DNA from: a virus
Taxonomy: Duplodnaviria > Caudoviricetes
IMG/VR virus record: IMGVR_UViG_3300025147_000024
Coordinates: 1-41,503 of that record
Reading direction: 5' to 3' (one strand)
Length of the DNA stretch: 41,503 nt
Below are positions 16,929-28,000 of this stretch, in pieces. The translations under genes were made by a program, and so were the position numbers. The notes under the pieces are model-generated. The model saw only the letters and a program-made list of their open reading frames with translations. It was not told the origin of the DNA and did no database searches. Within the stretch, counting starts at the first letter, position 1, and every line of letters begins with the position of its first letter.

Positions 16929-17450
16929 ATGAAAACGACTATGAAAAAAGCAGAATCAAAGGTTGCTGAAACGATACTCCAAAAAACACAAGAGGTTACC
17001 ATTGGGAATCAAACTTACCTGGTGGCCCCTCCATCCACTGCAACGCTCATTCTTGTTTCGGAGTTGGTTGCTCAAATGCCACAGATCGAATTGAACACAC
17101 AGGAGATAATGAGTGAAAGTCTGAGAATTGCAAAGGACTGCAAAGTATTGGGGGATATTGTTGCAGTGCTGATTCTTGGGGCGAAGAACATTACCAAACA
17201 AATGGTGAAGGTTAGAAAGTATTGGTTCTTTGGCCTGATCCCTTGCTTCAAAGAGGTTGAAATTGACAATCAAAAAATACTCGCTAAAGAGATCTTGGAA
17301 GATGTCCCGCCAATCGAATTAAACACGATTGTTCAAAAGCTTTTATCCGGACTGGATACTGCTTTTTTTTTCAGCGTTTCAAGTTTCCTAATCGGTGTAA
17401 ATCTAACAAAACCGACAAAACAGGAGGAAACGATTCAATCTGGGCAGTAA
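16929..17450 (+). CDS. Tail assembly chaperone (gpG-like)
   Basis: Between tail tube and TMP; YLVAPPSTATLILVSE. The track start at 16878 lies inside the tRNA-like element, so ATG 16929 or 16941 is preferred. Confidence 0.8.
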   Translation: MKTTMKKAESKVAETILQKTQEVTIGNQTYLVAPPSTATLILVSELVAQMPQIELNTQEIMSESLRIAKDCKVLGDIVAVLILGAKNITKQMVKVRKYWFFGLIPCFKEVEIDNQKILAKEILEDVPPIELNTIVQKLLSGLDTAFFFSVSSFLIGVNLTKPTKQEETIQSGQ

Positions 17451-17653
17451 TCGCAGGAGTAGCCAAAGGGTATACGCTGACTTTTGACTATGTCCTTTAT
17501 GAAATGAGTTACGCAAATACGATCATGTACAGCTCAGTGTTGCCAAGTTACGACGATGAGAAGGAAGCGGACACAGACACAGACAAGCAGAAAGTAATAA
17601 ACGCTGACGATCCAGCAAACAGAAACGCGATTAGAAAAGAACTCTATGAATAA
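17363..17653 (+). CDS. -1 frameshift extension of the tail chaperone (gpGT-like)
   Basis: The -1 frame is open from the T9 run (17363-17371) to TAA 17651-17653 and encodes ..NDSIWAVIAGVAKGYTLTFDYVLYEMSYANTIMYSSVLPSY..INADDPANR. Confidence 0.75.
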   Translation, partial: FFFQRFKFPNRCKSNKTDKTGGNDSIWAVIAGVAKGYTLTFDYVLYEMSYANTIMYSSVLPSYDDEKEADTDTDKQKVINADDPANRNAIRKELYE

Positions 17654-20600
17654 CGACGAAGGAGCAATAAGTTTTGCAACGAACATAGACAACCGGCAGC
17701 TTGCAGCAGATGCAGCCAGATCTAATGCTCTTCTCAGAGGGATAGGTAACACTGCCGCTACAGAGGGCACCCGTATGGGTAGTGCGTTCAATTCTGCTTC
17801 TGGTTATATCGGTGCAATGGCTCTGGGGGCTGTTGCTTCTATCGGGGTTATTGGTAAAACGATTCTTGACACAACCGCGAAGTTTGAAAAGTTCGGGATT
17901 GTCCTTAAAAATACGCTTGGAGAAACTAAAGGAGCTGAGGCATTAACGATGATTGCCAACTTTGCGGCTACGACTCCATTTCAACTTGACGAAGTAACCG
18001 GCGCTTTCATCAAACTTGCAAATCAAGGTTTTGTTCCTACCTACGAACAAATGACAAAGCTTGGAGATCTTGCATCATCCACAGGTAAAAGCTTTGATCA
18101 ACTTGGGGAGGCTTTACTTGATGCTCAAACCGGACAGTTTGAAAGGCTCAAAGAATTTGGTATCAAAGCATCCGCCAACGGTGACAGGGTGACCTTTTCA
18201 TTCAAAGAACAGCAAACGACTGTTGAAAATACCAACTCTGCAATACAAAAATACATCTTAAGCCTTGGAGAGATGAAAGGCGTAGCCGGGGCGAACGCTT
18301 TAATCAGTGCTTCGCTTACAGGCCAGATGAGTAACATTGGTGACAAGCTCGCTGCAATGTATAACGGTATTGGAAAAGCAAATTCAGGGTTCCTGTATGC
18401 CGCTGTTGGTGGGGTTTCCACCCTTATTGACAACTACAAGTTAGTTGGTGACGTCTTAACCGGATTGATTGCCACTTACGGAGCTTACAGAGTAGCGATA
18501 ATGTATATCGCCTATACTGAGAATTTAGCCGCCGCCGCGAAAACAAAAGGTCTTGCAGTCGAAACAGCTTACCAGGCTATTATTGCACAAGGTAATATTC
18601 ACATGGCAGCAAGGGCCAGAGGTGTAGCAGTTGAGATCCTTCAGCAGGAAGCAAGAGTGGCAGCAACTCACCAGGTAATAGCAGCTGAGAGAGAATTGCA
18701 GGCTTCTTCCAATGCAAGCAAAGCAACACTGGCCAATCCGTATGTACTGGCTTTAATGGCTGTTGTTGCCTTGGGATATGGCATCTACAAATTAGCCACT
18801 TACCAGACTGATTTAGAAAAGGCAACATCTAAATTAAATGTACAGGTTGCAAATGAAAAGGACAAAGCAGCGGATCTATTTGCCGAATTAAATCATGCTA
18901 CAAAAAGCACGGATGAGTGGAAAAAAGCAAAAGCCGGAATACTTGAGCAGTATGGCACCTATCTGACAGAGCAGCAAAAAGAATTACTTGGAACAAAGAA
19001 CCAGGCAGAGGCTCAGGATGCGGTTAATAGAGGGATAGAAGAAAATATCTCCCTAAAAGTAAAACAAGAATCACTTGATGCTGCCCGGAGCAAGTACAAC
19101 GAAATGATATCTGGCAGCGTTGACAATTTAGGTGAAAGTGCAAAATCATCGTTAGATCGTGATGCCTCCGCGAAATTCAACAAAGATCTAAAAGTACAAG
19201 TAGAACTAATAAAATACGAAGTTGATCCTGTAAAAAAGGCCAAATTAATAAGTGATTATGACGAACTTATTAATGTTCTCAAGGCAAAAGTAATGAAGGA
19301 CGGGGGCTTGCTTAAAGGGTATGCCCTTACAAATATAGCGGCTTATGCGGGGCAAGTTAAAACAAGTTTAATTGAGCTATCTGGTGAAACAGTGGCTATA
19401 AACAAAGCCTTTGCAGCAGAGGGGGTAAAATCGGACGCCAAAAAGGTTGATCCCATCCTCACTACCTATCAGGCTCAATTAGATGTAATAAAAGGTAAAA
19501 AAGCAAAAGCTGAACAGGAACTCGCTAAGCTGAAGTCAACCCCGGGTGAAAACCCGATGAAGGATATTGTTGCCAAGCAGGGAGAAATCGATGAATACAA
19601 TAAACAGCTTGGCATTAAAGAGTCAGAGGCCAAAAAGAGTGAGATCGATCAGATCAAGAAATTGATGGAAACCGCTCACGGTCGGACATTGGCACAACTC
19701 ACTGAACGCCTGAAGAAACTTGAAGAAATAAGGGCTATTGAGGAAGACATTGCCGGTGGTACTAAGATGAAAGGTGTTACCGATGGAGTCAACCCAAGTG
19801 ACCAGGCTAAAATAATATCAGAGTACACCTCCGCTGTTCAGGGAGCCGTAAAAGCCGACGTTGCAAAAAACGATAAGGAGATTCTGCAGGCTAACGAAAA
19901 GATGAAGAAGGCCAATGATGCTTATCAGAAAGACAAGGATCATCAGCAGTGGCTTTATGATGATAAATTACGAAAGGAAGAAGCTGAGAAAAAACGACAG
20001 ACTGATCTTGCAAACGGTTTCTTCGATATAGCCGATGCAGCTGGTAATCTATCCAAGACCATTGGGGACTCAAACCAAGGACTTTCTGATATGCTTGGAG
20101 GTATTGGAAAGATTGCCGGAACAATGGGAAACCTGGTCAACCTTGGAGCTTTTGCCAAAGGTGGAAGCAAAATGAGTAAAGGTGATGCTATCAGTATGGC
20201 CGTTGGCGGGGCAACTGATTTAGTTGGCATTGTGATAGGAGCAGCAGCAGAGCGTAAAAGGGTAATGACCGAATTCTACGCCAACATTATAAGCCAACAA
20301 CAGCAGTACAATGTTTTGCTTAACGATCAACTTAGGATCAATTCAGAAATTAAAGGAACCTTATTTTTAAAGGATTACGAAGGATCGCTAAATGATGCAA
20401 CCGCCGCTTATAACGATGCTCAAGGCAAATATAAAGATGCTTTAAAGAAGTTCTCATCCGCGGAGGCTATCACCGGAAAAAAGAATGTTGTTGATGGTAA
20501 AAATGTTTTAGGAGGAATCGGGGCAGGGGCAGCAGTGGGAGCCGGAGTAGGATCTATTGTTCCGGTAGTCGGGACAATCATAGGGGCAGCAGCCGGGGCG

Positions 20601-21443
20601 ATCATTGGAGGTTTAGTAGGTTTGTTTGCCAAAAAGAAAAAAGATATTGTTGCACCCCTTTTGGAAACTTACCCGGGCTTGATCAAAGCAAACGGCGAAT
20701 TTGATGCCTCGTTGGCAAAAACATTGGTGACCAATAACCAGGTGACAGAAGCGACAAAGGCAACTCTGAACACTATGATTGAGTGGAAAGATGCTGCAGA
20801 CAAAGCGACAGCCCAAATCAAACAAGTTATTACAGACTTGACAGGTGGTTTAGGGGATGATTTGAGAACCGCACTGGTAGCAGCTTTTACAGACGGTACG
20901 GATGCAGCCAAAGCCTTTGAGGGATCAGTCAATAAAGTTCTTGAAAATATTATGTCGAACATGATTTTCAATAAAGCGTTTGAAGGGGCTTTTAGCCAAT
21001 TGGAAAAGGCAATGGTCGACAGTTACGCAGTCGGAGGGGATCAGAGTTGGTTAAATGATTTTCAGGCTTTCTATGCACAATCCCCAGAGCTGATCGCACA
21101 ATTCAATCAGGGGATGTCGGACGCGAAGAATGCCGCTTCAGGTGCAGGATTCGATATTTTCAAAGGGACTGACACAGCGCGAACCGCTTCATCGAAGGGA
21201 TTCACCACTATGTCTCAGGATTCAGCGGATGAATTAAACGGACGATTTACCGCAATGCAGGGACACACTTTCAGCATTAACGAAGGCGTGAAGATCCTGA
21301 CAGCGAATAGTGCAGGGATTTTAAAACACCTGGCAGGGATTGAATCAAACACAGGACGTCTGGAAGCTATTGAGAACGGAATTGGCGCTATAAAAGGCGG
21401 GATCGATGATATTAACCTCAAAGGAATAACACTTCGTAAATGA
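17646..21443 (+). CDS. Tape measure protein
   Basis: 1265 aa, Ala-rich helical; FAATTPFQLDEV tape-measure domain; C-terminal MSQDSADELNGRFTA. Confidence 0.95.
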   Translation: MNNDEGAISFATNIDNRQLAADAARSNALLRGIGNTAATEGTRMGSAFNSASGYIGAMALGAVASIGVIGKTILDTTAKFEKFGIVLKNTLGETKGAEALTMIANFAATTPFQLDEVTGAFIKLANQGFVPTYEQMTKLGDLASSTGKSFDQLGEALLDAQTGQFERLKEFGIKASANGDRVTFSFKEQQTTVENTNSAIQKYILSLGEMKGVAGANALISASLTGQMSNIGDKLAAMYNGIGKANSGFLYAAVGGVSTLIDNYKLVGDVLTGLIATYGAYRVAIMYIAYTENLAAAAKTKGLAVETAYQAIIAQGNIHMAARARGVAVEILQQEARVAATHQVIAAERELQASSNASKATLANPYVLALMAVVALGYGIYKLATYQTDLEKATSKLNVQVANEKDKAADLFAELNHATKSTDEWKKAKAGILEQYGTYLTEQQKELLGTKNQAEAQDAVNRGIEENISLKVKQESLDAARSKYNEMISGSVDNLGESAKSSLDRDASAKFNKDLKVQVELIKYEVDPVKKAKLISDYDELINVLKAKVMKDGGLLKGYALTNIAAYAGQVKTSLIELSGETVAINKAFAAEGVKSDAKKVDPILTTYQAQLDVIKGKKAKAEQELAKLKSTPGENPMKDIVAKQGEIDEYNKQLGIKESEAKKSEIDQIKKLMETAHGRTLAQLTERLKKLEEIRAIEEDIAGGTKMKGVTDGVNPSDQAKIISEYTSAVQGAVKADVAKNDKEILQANEKMKKANDAYQKDKDHQQWLYDDKLRKEEAEKKRQTDLANGFFDIADAAGNLSKTIGDSNQGLSDMLGGIGKIAGTMGNLVNLGAFAKGGSKMSKGDAISMAVGGATDLVGIVIGAAAERKRVMTEFYANIISQQQQYNVLLNDQLRINSEIKGTLFLKDYEGSLNDATAAYNDAQGKYKDALKKFSSAEAITGKKNVVDGKNVLGGIGAGAAVGAGVGSIVPVVGTIIGAAAGAIIGGLVGLFAKKKKDIVAPLLETYPGLIKANGEFDASLAKTLVTNNQVTEATKATLNTMIEWKDAADKATAQIKQVITDLTGGLGDDLRTALVAAFTDGTDAAKAFEGSVNKVLENIMSNMIFNKAFEGAFSQLEKAMVDSYAVGGDQSWLNDFQAFYAQSPELIAQFNQGMSDAKNAASGAGFDIFKGTDTARTASSKGFTTMSQDSADELNGRFTAMQGHTFSINEGVKILTANSAGILKHLAGIESNTGRLEAIENGIGAIKGGIDDINLKGITLRK

Positions 21444-23059
21444 TAGGACAGAGCTACATAGACGGGATCGATATATACGCCACCTTCGGGATATTCATAA
21501 ACGAAGGAGGTTATGATGGAGTAGTGACCTTTCCGCCATTGAAAAAACCTGAGTCAAACGACTGGCAGGAAGAGGACGGGGAGGACGTGGATCTCTCAGC
21601 CCCTACACTTGACTCAAGGGAATTCTCTATCACGTTCTTTGCACACAAAAACCATAACGTCAAAGGTCTTATTGACCTGCTTTCGAACGGGGCCTATCAT
21701 GAATTTAACCTCACCGAAATTGGACAAACTTTCACATTGCGGATGCTCGCACAACCGGCACGCCAACTCTTTATTGGTGCGGAGTCATTTACACTCACAT
21801 TTGCCGATGACTTCCCGCTAAAGAATTATGCCTATGTAGCTCCAACACCCACAACCGTAACACAGACCGGATATACTCTTGACGCAAAACAGTTATCTTC
21901 TTACGGTATTTGGGTAGTACAGGGGACAGAAGCGGAAATGAGAAAGACCCCAGCTGTCAAAAAGAATCTTCAACGTGACATTGCAAACGCCGAAGGTACT
22001 TTTTACGATGGTGAAGCCGTTACATTTCAAGCGAAACAGGTTACCATGCAATTAACCATGGTTGCCCCAACGCTCGCAACATTCTGGAAGAACTATAAAG
22101 CGTTCTTGTTTGACCTGACCAAAGCAGGAGCTCATCAAATATATACAGAGTCAACAGGAGATACTTACCCTTGCTATTACAGCACTGCAAGCGTTCGGCA
22201 GTTTAGTCCTATTGGTTCAAAGGTTTGGTGCAGTTTTTCTGTTACGTTGGTCTACACAACATACCGCAACCCGGAAGATTATTTTGTGCTTGCTACACAA
22301 CAAGCAAACCCGCTCATCACACAGAAAGGGGATTTCCTGAACATGGAGTATCCGGGCCATTATGCTGTTGACGGGGATAAGGTGAAAGTAACTGAACTGC
22401 CAGAAGCAACAGAGATAACAGGCTTGGTGGTTTTAGGGGTGGATGCATCAAATAAAAGCGTTCAGATCCCGGCTAAGAAGTTCTCATCCGCAAACCTGAC
22501 ACCCGGAACATACGGAAGCCCTACAAAAAACGTGGTGCTCACTGTTGGTCCTTCAGGTAGTTTAGAAACGATTACAGAAACAGAGGATGAATCGGGCGGA
22601 TCAAATATTGTTTCTCTGACTACTGAAACAATGACAGGGATTGTAAACGGGGTAAACAAGATATTCAGCACTTCGGTACCATTTGAGGCAGGGATGCTGT
22701 CGGTAAGTATAAACGGGCTTAAGGATAGAGGATTTACGGCACTCTCTGACACTCAGATTGAATTTACAACAGCCCCGAAAAGTGCAGGATTCACGGATTT
22801 GGTTGAAGCTATTTTCGTCAAAAAGCAAGTGCCAAAGATTTCTAACACCCTTATTGATGAGCTGTTAATTGGGGCAATTAATAACCTTAACAAGACTTTC
22901 ACTACCTCAGTCGCTTTTGCCTTCGGTACGATCAGCGTTTATGTGAATGGCCTTAAAGAAAATTTCACGTGGCTTTCAGATAGGCAAATAGCTTTAAGCC
23001 AAGCCCCGAAGAATACCGGAATTATTGACCGTGTAGAAGCCTTTTATATCAAAAAATAA
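21440..23059 (+). CDS. Distal tail (Dit)-like protein with C-terminal extension
   Basis: Follows TMP; IDGIDIYATFG..PPLK..NDWQEEDG; two tandem ~70-aa C-terminal repeats. Confidence 0.75.
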   Translation: MIGQSYIDGIDIYATFGIFINEGGYDGVVTFPPLKKPESNDWQEEDGEDVDLSAPTLDSREFSITFFAHKNHNVKGLIDLLSNGAYHEFNLTEIGQTFTLRMLAQPARQLFIGAESFTLTFADDFPLKNYAYVAPTPTTVTQTGYTLDAKQLSSYGIWVVQGTEAEMRKTPAVKKNLQRDIANAEGTFYDGEAVTFQAKQVTMQLTMVAPTLATFWKNYKAFLFDLTKAGAHQIYTESTGDTYPCYYSTASVRQFSPIGSKVWCSFSVTLVYTTYRNPEDYFVLATQQANPLITQKGDFLNMEYPGHYAVDGDKVKVTELPEATEITGLVVLGVDASNKSVQIPAKKFSSANLTPGTYGSPTKNVVLTVGPSGSLETITETEDESGGSNIVSLTTETMTGIVNGVNKIFSTSVPFEAGMLSVSINGLKDRGFTALSDTQIEFTTAPKSAGFTDLVEAIFVKKQVPKISNTLIDELLIGAINNLNKTFTTSVAFAFGTISVYVNGLKENFTWLSDRQIALSQAPKNTGIIDRVEAFYIKK

Positions 23060-23077
23060 ATTTAAAAACTTAATACG

Positions 23078-23986
23078 ATGACAAAAATTCGCTCAAGCCA
23101 ACAGTTGTACATTGATGAAAACCTGCCTTTAAATTCGAAGAAAATAACCGGGATGGCCGCTGGTGCTTCGGCGGGTGAAGCGGTTGAATATGCTCAGATG
23201 GTTGTTGCCATTGCCAACGCTGTAAGCGGTCTTGGAAATTCTGTTCATGTTCCGGTTGCCGATCTTGCAGCCTCCAAAGCGGTTAATGCAGGCGCAAGGG
23301 CTGATAAGATGATCATGCTTGTTGAGACGCTTGGCCTTTATCGTTTCGACAATGAGAGTGTAGCTGTTAGCAATGATTCAAGCATCATACGCCCGACTGA
23401 TATTGCCACTGATGCCACAGCAGGACGTTGGCTCAAGATCAGCAATACCCTTACCGATCATGACCTGATGGGTAACATTTCAGGGGATGGAACTTTTCAT
23501 TTATCAGCAGCTCAAAGAACAAAACTGATCAATCAAACGGACTATGTACATCCCAATCATTCAGGAGATGTTACCAGTGTCGCTGATGGAGCGCAGACAA
23601 TTACTGCAAAAGCGGTGACCAATGCAAAGATGGCTGATGTTGCAACTCAGACGTTCAAAGGTCGGGTAACAGCCGGAGCCGGTGCACCTGAAGACCTCAC
23701 CATTGCTCAGGTAAAAACGCTTTTAGGAATCGGAGCTTCAACACGTGTTTATCGTGCTACGCCTGTCGGAGTTGTGAACGGTGCAAACACTGTATTTACG
23801 ATTGCAGCTGTAATCCTGACGGGCAAAGAGACGATTGTAAAGAACGGCCTGATCATGAATGCCGGTGCCGGTAACGATTACACGATTGCCTACAATTCAC
23901 CTGCAGGAAGCACAACAATCACTTTCGCCACAGCTCCTTCGAACACTCCTTTTGTTGACACAATCTTAGTTGATTACGACGTATAA
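23078..23986 (+). CDS. Tail fibre/structural protein
   Basis: KITGMAAG..AV, YVHPNHSGDVTS, AVTNAKMA fibre-type motifs. Confidence 0.7.
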   Translation: MTKIRSSQQLYIDENLPLNSKKITGMAAGASAGEAVEYAQMVVAIANAVSGLGNSVHVPVADLAASKAVNAGARADKMIMLVETLGLYRFDNESVAVSNDSSIIRPTDIATDATAGRWLKISNTLTDHDLMGNISGDGTFHLSAAQRTKLINQTDYVHPNHSGDVTSVADGAQTITAKAVTNAKMADVATQTFKGRVTAGAGAPEDLTIAQVKTLLGIGASTRVYRATPVGVVNGANTVFTIAAVILTGKETIVKNGLIMNAGAGNDYTIAYNSPAGSTTITFATAPSNTPFVDTILVDYDV

Positions 23987-23988
23987 TC

Positions 23989-24639
23989 ATGGCAGAAACA
24001 AAAGTAAAAGGGCGGGACGTTGGAGATACATCCATATACCGCGAAGACCTTAACACTTCCATCTCAGGGAAAGCGGTAATTACCAAAATCCTTGAGAAAG
24101 CAAATTCAGGGATTAAGCTTTCATCCTCCACTGGTGCCGATCCGGGCACTGGTGATGTTGAGTTGATCCTTGACCCAAGCGTTGCTGTGGATGAAGCAGC
24201 GCCTTATGTATTGGGCTTTTCAGCGAGTGGTGTACCAGTTAAGAAAACCGCTTTTGCTAATACTATTCAGAACAGGATCGTTCAGATTAAGGTTAATTCG
24301 TCTGCAATTTCAGTCGGTACCGGAAAGGCTAAAATATTTATTCCTGTTGAACTGAACAATGCCAGGCTAACAGCAGCTGAAGCGTGCCTGGTAACTCCAA
24401 GTACAAGCGGTCTGCCAACGATCGATATCTACAATTTCACAACAGGCTTCTCAATGCTCTCAACTCAGATCACAATTGATGCGAATGAGAATACCAGTTA
24501 TACAGCAGCTACGAGACCGGTGATCAATACTGCCAGTTCAAGGGATCTTGTCACAACTGGGACCATCGTTGGAGTAAACATCAATGGAGCGGGTAACGGA
24601 GCAGCTGAATTATCAGTAATACTAACTTTCACATTATAA
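23989..24639 (+). CDS. Tail-associated structural protein
   Basis: Beta-rich C-terminal domain; lies in the tail operon. Confidence 0.65.
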   Translation: MAETKVKGRDVGDTSIYREDLNTSISGKAVITKILEKANSGIKLSSSTGADPGTGDVELILDPSVAVDEAAPYVLGFSASGVPVKKTAFANTIQNRIVQIKVNSSAISVGTGKAKIFIPVELNNARLTAAEACLVTPSTSGLPTIDIYNFTTGFSMLSTQITIDANENTSYTAATRPVINTASSRDLVTTGTIVGVNINGAGNGAAELSVILTFTL

Positions 24640-24642
24640 GCG

Positions 24643-25044
24643 ATGACAACAGTTTACAACGATTATTACAAAGCTGTCAATGATGGATCTCTCGATATTG
24701 AGAACGTCCATTTTGGCGTGAAGCTCGTGGGTGGATCCTATTATCCTGATGTGACAGATACGCTGGCAGATGTGGAAGGAGTAATCCTTGATGCTCCGAT
24801 TGCTCTTTATGATGAAGTCATGACGCTCAAGGGAATGTCTGAAATAGTAGAGATCCTTCATAAGCGTCTTAGGGCTTATGCAAATCAAACGCCTGTGATG
24901 GGAGTTGAACCGATTGTCTTGGATGACAGGATTAAAACTGCTTTAGATAACTTGGATCATGTGGCGCTCAAAGAAGCTGGTGCCAGGTACCTGGTAGTTT
25001 ATTCCACCAAGCTTCTCATTCTCTGTTTTACTGAAGAAATTTAA
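24643..25044 (+). CDS. Tail-associated hypothetical protein
   Basis: In operon with tight spacing. Confidence 0.6.
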   Translation: MTTVYNDYYKAVNDGSLDIENVHFGVKLVGGSYYPDVTDTLADVEGVILDAPIALYDEVMTLKGMSEIVEILHKRLRAYANQTPVMGVEPIVLDDRIKTALDNLDHVALKEAGARYLVVYSTKLLILCFTEEI

Positions 25045-25047
25045 GTT

Positions 25048-28000
25048 ATGGCTAATCGTTACTGGGTATATAATGGAGGGAACATCAACGACACAACGCA
25101 TTGGAGTGCTACTTCAGGGGGTGCCGGTGGAGCATCTAAACCAACGATCGCGGATAATGTAATCTTTGACGCGAATTCGTTCACATTGAATGCACAGGTC
25201 GTTACCCAGAATGAAGCGTTTAATTGTTTGTCAATGGATTGGACGGGTATAACCAAAACAGTGACGTTTAGCAGTTCTGTTTACAGTTTGAATCTTTACG
25301 GTAATCTCACGCTTGCAACTAATCTTACCTGGTTGTTTACTGGCACAGCATATCTGAACCACAAAGCAACAGGGACGGTAATGACCAATGGTATTGTTCT
25401 GAACGCAAACCGTGTCTATTTTGATACTGCCGGTATAGCAGTAACGAATAGTGACAATGCTAATTATGGAGTTGCTTCATTTTACCTCACCAATGGCACT
25501 TGGAATACCAATGGGAAGACAATCATTTCAACGGGATCCTTTAACACGGTTGCCGGAACTAAGGTCTTAACCCTTGGCACTTCAATATTCAATATTGGAA
25601 CCTGGATAAATGCCGTAACAGCGGGATTCACGTTCAACGCGAATACTTCCACAGTTGTTATTACCACAGCTTCAATATTGACCGGCGTTACTACGTTTTA
25701 TAATTTGACATGTAGCGGAGTTGCCACACTTACGTTGGCCAATAATATAACGGTGACCAATGCTCTGACGCTCGCAGGATCAACGGTCAGTAATCGATTG
25801 AAGATACTCTCAAGTGTGGCAGGAACTCAGCGCACGGTGACGGTACCAGCGGCTGGTGTATCTCCTTCCAATCTCGATGTTCAAGATATGACCTTTCCAA
25901 ATGCTGTTGATATGTCAGCGATTACGGGTTACTCTCAGAATTTTGGAAATAATACAGGGATTACCTTCACCGCTTCAGCTAATCTATTTTTCAAGCATAC
26001 TTCAGGGGCAACAAACTGGGGAGACATAACCAAGTGGTTTCTTGCTGACAGATCAACACAGGGAAGAATCCCATTGATCCAGGATGATGTAAATTTTGAT
26101 AATCTCAGCTTTACCGGGACTTCAACGCTTAATCTGAATGTTGCCGCAACTTGCAGGAGCATGAATTGGACGGGATTGAATCAGACTGTCACACTTTCAA
26201 GTGCAGTGTTTTCCATATCAATTTATGGGAGCACGACCTTAGCAACGGGTTTAGTATGGACTTTCACCGGGACCGCTTATGCTTACATGTGTGGGGTTGG
26301 CAATTGGAACATAACTACAAATGGGGTCGTAGCGGTTATGAATCAACTGACATTCGATAGAGTAGGAGGCACATGGATTTGTAATGATGATCTAAATTTT
26401 GCCACCACATACATTGCCCATTTAAATGGAACTTGGGATACAAATAGTTATACTATTAGAGTATTTCAGTACACTCCGTTAAGTGGATTAAAAATTTTGA
26501 TACTTGGGTCAACAAATTTTTATGCCAGTAACGCTTTTGGTTATCCAAGTTCAGCACCGGGCAGTTGGGTGATAACACCGGGGACATCTAAAATATGGAC
26601 TGGTTTATTTCAATCATACTTTTCGGGTTTAGTTTTTTATGACATATCCGCAGGATCAGCCTCTATAGGAACCAACACCTTTAAATGTCATACTTTAGAA
26701 GTGTCAGGATCTTTGTTGCTAAGAAACATCAGTGAATTAATAGTCACTAATTTTATTTTTAAGGGAACTATATCTGCCAGAAGTGCAATAGATGTTCAGA
26801 TTGTAAGGAGATCAAAGATTACAGCGGATTCAGTAACAATGGAATATGTTGACATCTATTCAATTGAAGGATCTGGGACAGCTAATTGGGATATTTCCGG
26901 CATTTTGGGAGGATCAGGAGATTTGGGAAATAACTTGAATATTACATTTACTGCCACAAAGACAGTGTTTTATGTAACAACGCTTCTAAGCTGTAACTGG
27001 ACTGACAATAGTTGGAAAACATTAAGTGGAGGGGCTATTGCAACATCCAACCCATTACCTCAGGATTTAGCCATATTTGATAATAATAGTTTTGTGGGAA
27101 ATACCAATCTCACAATAAACACCTCAAATATTTGCGGAATTAATATGGAGTTAGTGAGCTATCCCTTAAGTATAATTTTTACTAAAGAGGTATTTTGTAG
27201 TAGAGATTTTATTATTGGAGCAAACATAACCTTAGCAACAAGCACTTATGTTTTAAACATCAGATCGAACCTCGATATAAACGTTAATTTTTACAACAAA
27301 ACATTATATGCGCTTAGGCTACTACCTATTGCAAATAAGATCACATTGCTTGGCGGGTTTATTTGTACTGACTCGTGTTGTATCGGCAGTAAATATCTGT
27401 CTTTATTTGGGACTGTAGATTTCAATGATGTTAATTGTAGTATGTACAATTTTGTATTTAGTCAGTACAATGGTACTGCAACTTTAATGCTGGGGAACGG
27501 AACAATTACGATAACCGGGACTAAGGAAAGTGGTGTTTCAGGAGCGAATGCTGGAGACGTGCTTATTTATGGCCAATGGTCAGTAATTGCAGGAAATCTT
27601 ATTGCAGAGGGTTCCACAATTAAATTATTAGGTGTGACCTCAAATGATGGTGGTTTTGAGGGTGGGGGCAAAATATACAATAAAGTGTGGTTGTCCGGAA
27701 CTCATACAGGATATTTTGATTTTAGACAACCTTCTCTTCCTACGGTAAATACTATCAATGAATTAATAATTGACCAAGGAAGAAAAGCGAGATTTACGGC
27801 GGCAACAACAACGAATATAGGCAAACTCACTGCCTTAGGTTCTCAAGCCAACCCGATCACTATCGGTTCAGTTACAGCAGCGCCCCACAATTTGATTAAA
27901 ACAGGCGCTGATATGGTCGAAGTTGAATACTGTAATATCAGCAACTCTATTGCTACGCCTTCAGATAAATGGGCGGCTGGGGATACTTCAACCGATGGAG

